A stretch of DNA of 64,000 bases from an uncultured Calditrichaceae bacterium. GTDB taxonomy: Bacteria > Calditrichota > Calditrichia > RBG-13-44-9. Of the stretch, positions 63,996-64,000 are shown piece by piece. The translations under genes and the position numbers were made by a program. The stretch is taken from assembly GCA_964387645.1 (NCBI GenBank), contig CAYLYM010000007.1, positions 149 through 64,148 of the forward strand, given 5' to 3'. Every line of letters begins with the position of its first letter. Position 1 is the first letter of the stretch. The notes below the pieces were generated by a model. It did not search any database and had not been told where the DNA came from. It saw nothing but the letters and a program-made list of their open reading frames with translations.

Positions 63996-64000
63996 ATGAA

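Overview
64-kb window of an AT-rich bacterial chromosome with strong AGGAGG-type Shine-Dalgarno sites. About 45 coding regions were read from the ORF track and checked by eye. Signature domains include T9SS C-terminal sorting domains (NYPNPFNPTT...KKMILMK), a GWxTD-motif protein, a PorV-like barrel and CarbopepD-type TonB-dependent receptors. Together with SD usage, these point by inference to a non-Bacteroidia member of the FCB superphylum. Housekeeping genes are clear: pepA fragment, dus, larB, hsp20, lon, SDR, rnhA, nadC-nadA-nadB, ltaE, eno, ftsB-like, add and an MtaD-like amidohydrolase. Five loci stand out. (1) Positions 12.8-16.3 kb hold a compact sulfide-detox and sulfur-relay module: a MerR regulator with a 9-Cys C-terminal domain, an SQR-type flavoprotein, a DUF1641-like protein, a single-Cys DsrC/TusE and a DsrE-like protein. 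A MerR-style 19-bp-spacer promoter with a dyad operator sits in front of it. (2) Positions 17.2-35.8 kb form a PUL-like surface-proteome locus: a TonB-dependent receptor carrying a ~200-aa EF-hand/dockerin-like Ca-binding insertion, a 759-aa secreted partner, a PorV-like barrel and three giant T9SS cargo proteins. The cargo proteins are a BNR protein, a subtilisin and an unknown protein, and two of them share a repeated ~230-aa 'LLVDDD' module. Opposite this locus, a GWxTD protein, a hypothetical and a frameshifted TonB-receptor paralog form a minus-strand operon. (3) Positions 2265-3351 hold a heavily decayed HdrD/CCG-domain Fe-S oxidoreductase pseudogene. (4) A 13-nt motif GGGGTGGCTT(G/A)A lies inside a conserved bracketed element (TAGCAT...TGCTA) on both sides of an aconitase-family gene, plus one further intergenic copy. 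This is a candidate undescribed RNA or regulatory element. (5) A C25 gingipain-like peptidase with a T9SS sorting domain (possible PorU-like sortase) sits beside an unknown outer-membrane barrel. One tRNA-Gly(CCC) is present. No CRISPR, rRNA or recognisable mobile element was seen. All assignments rest on motif recognition by eye and no database searches were run.
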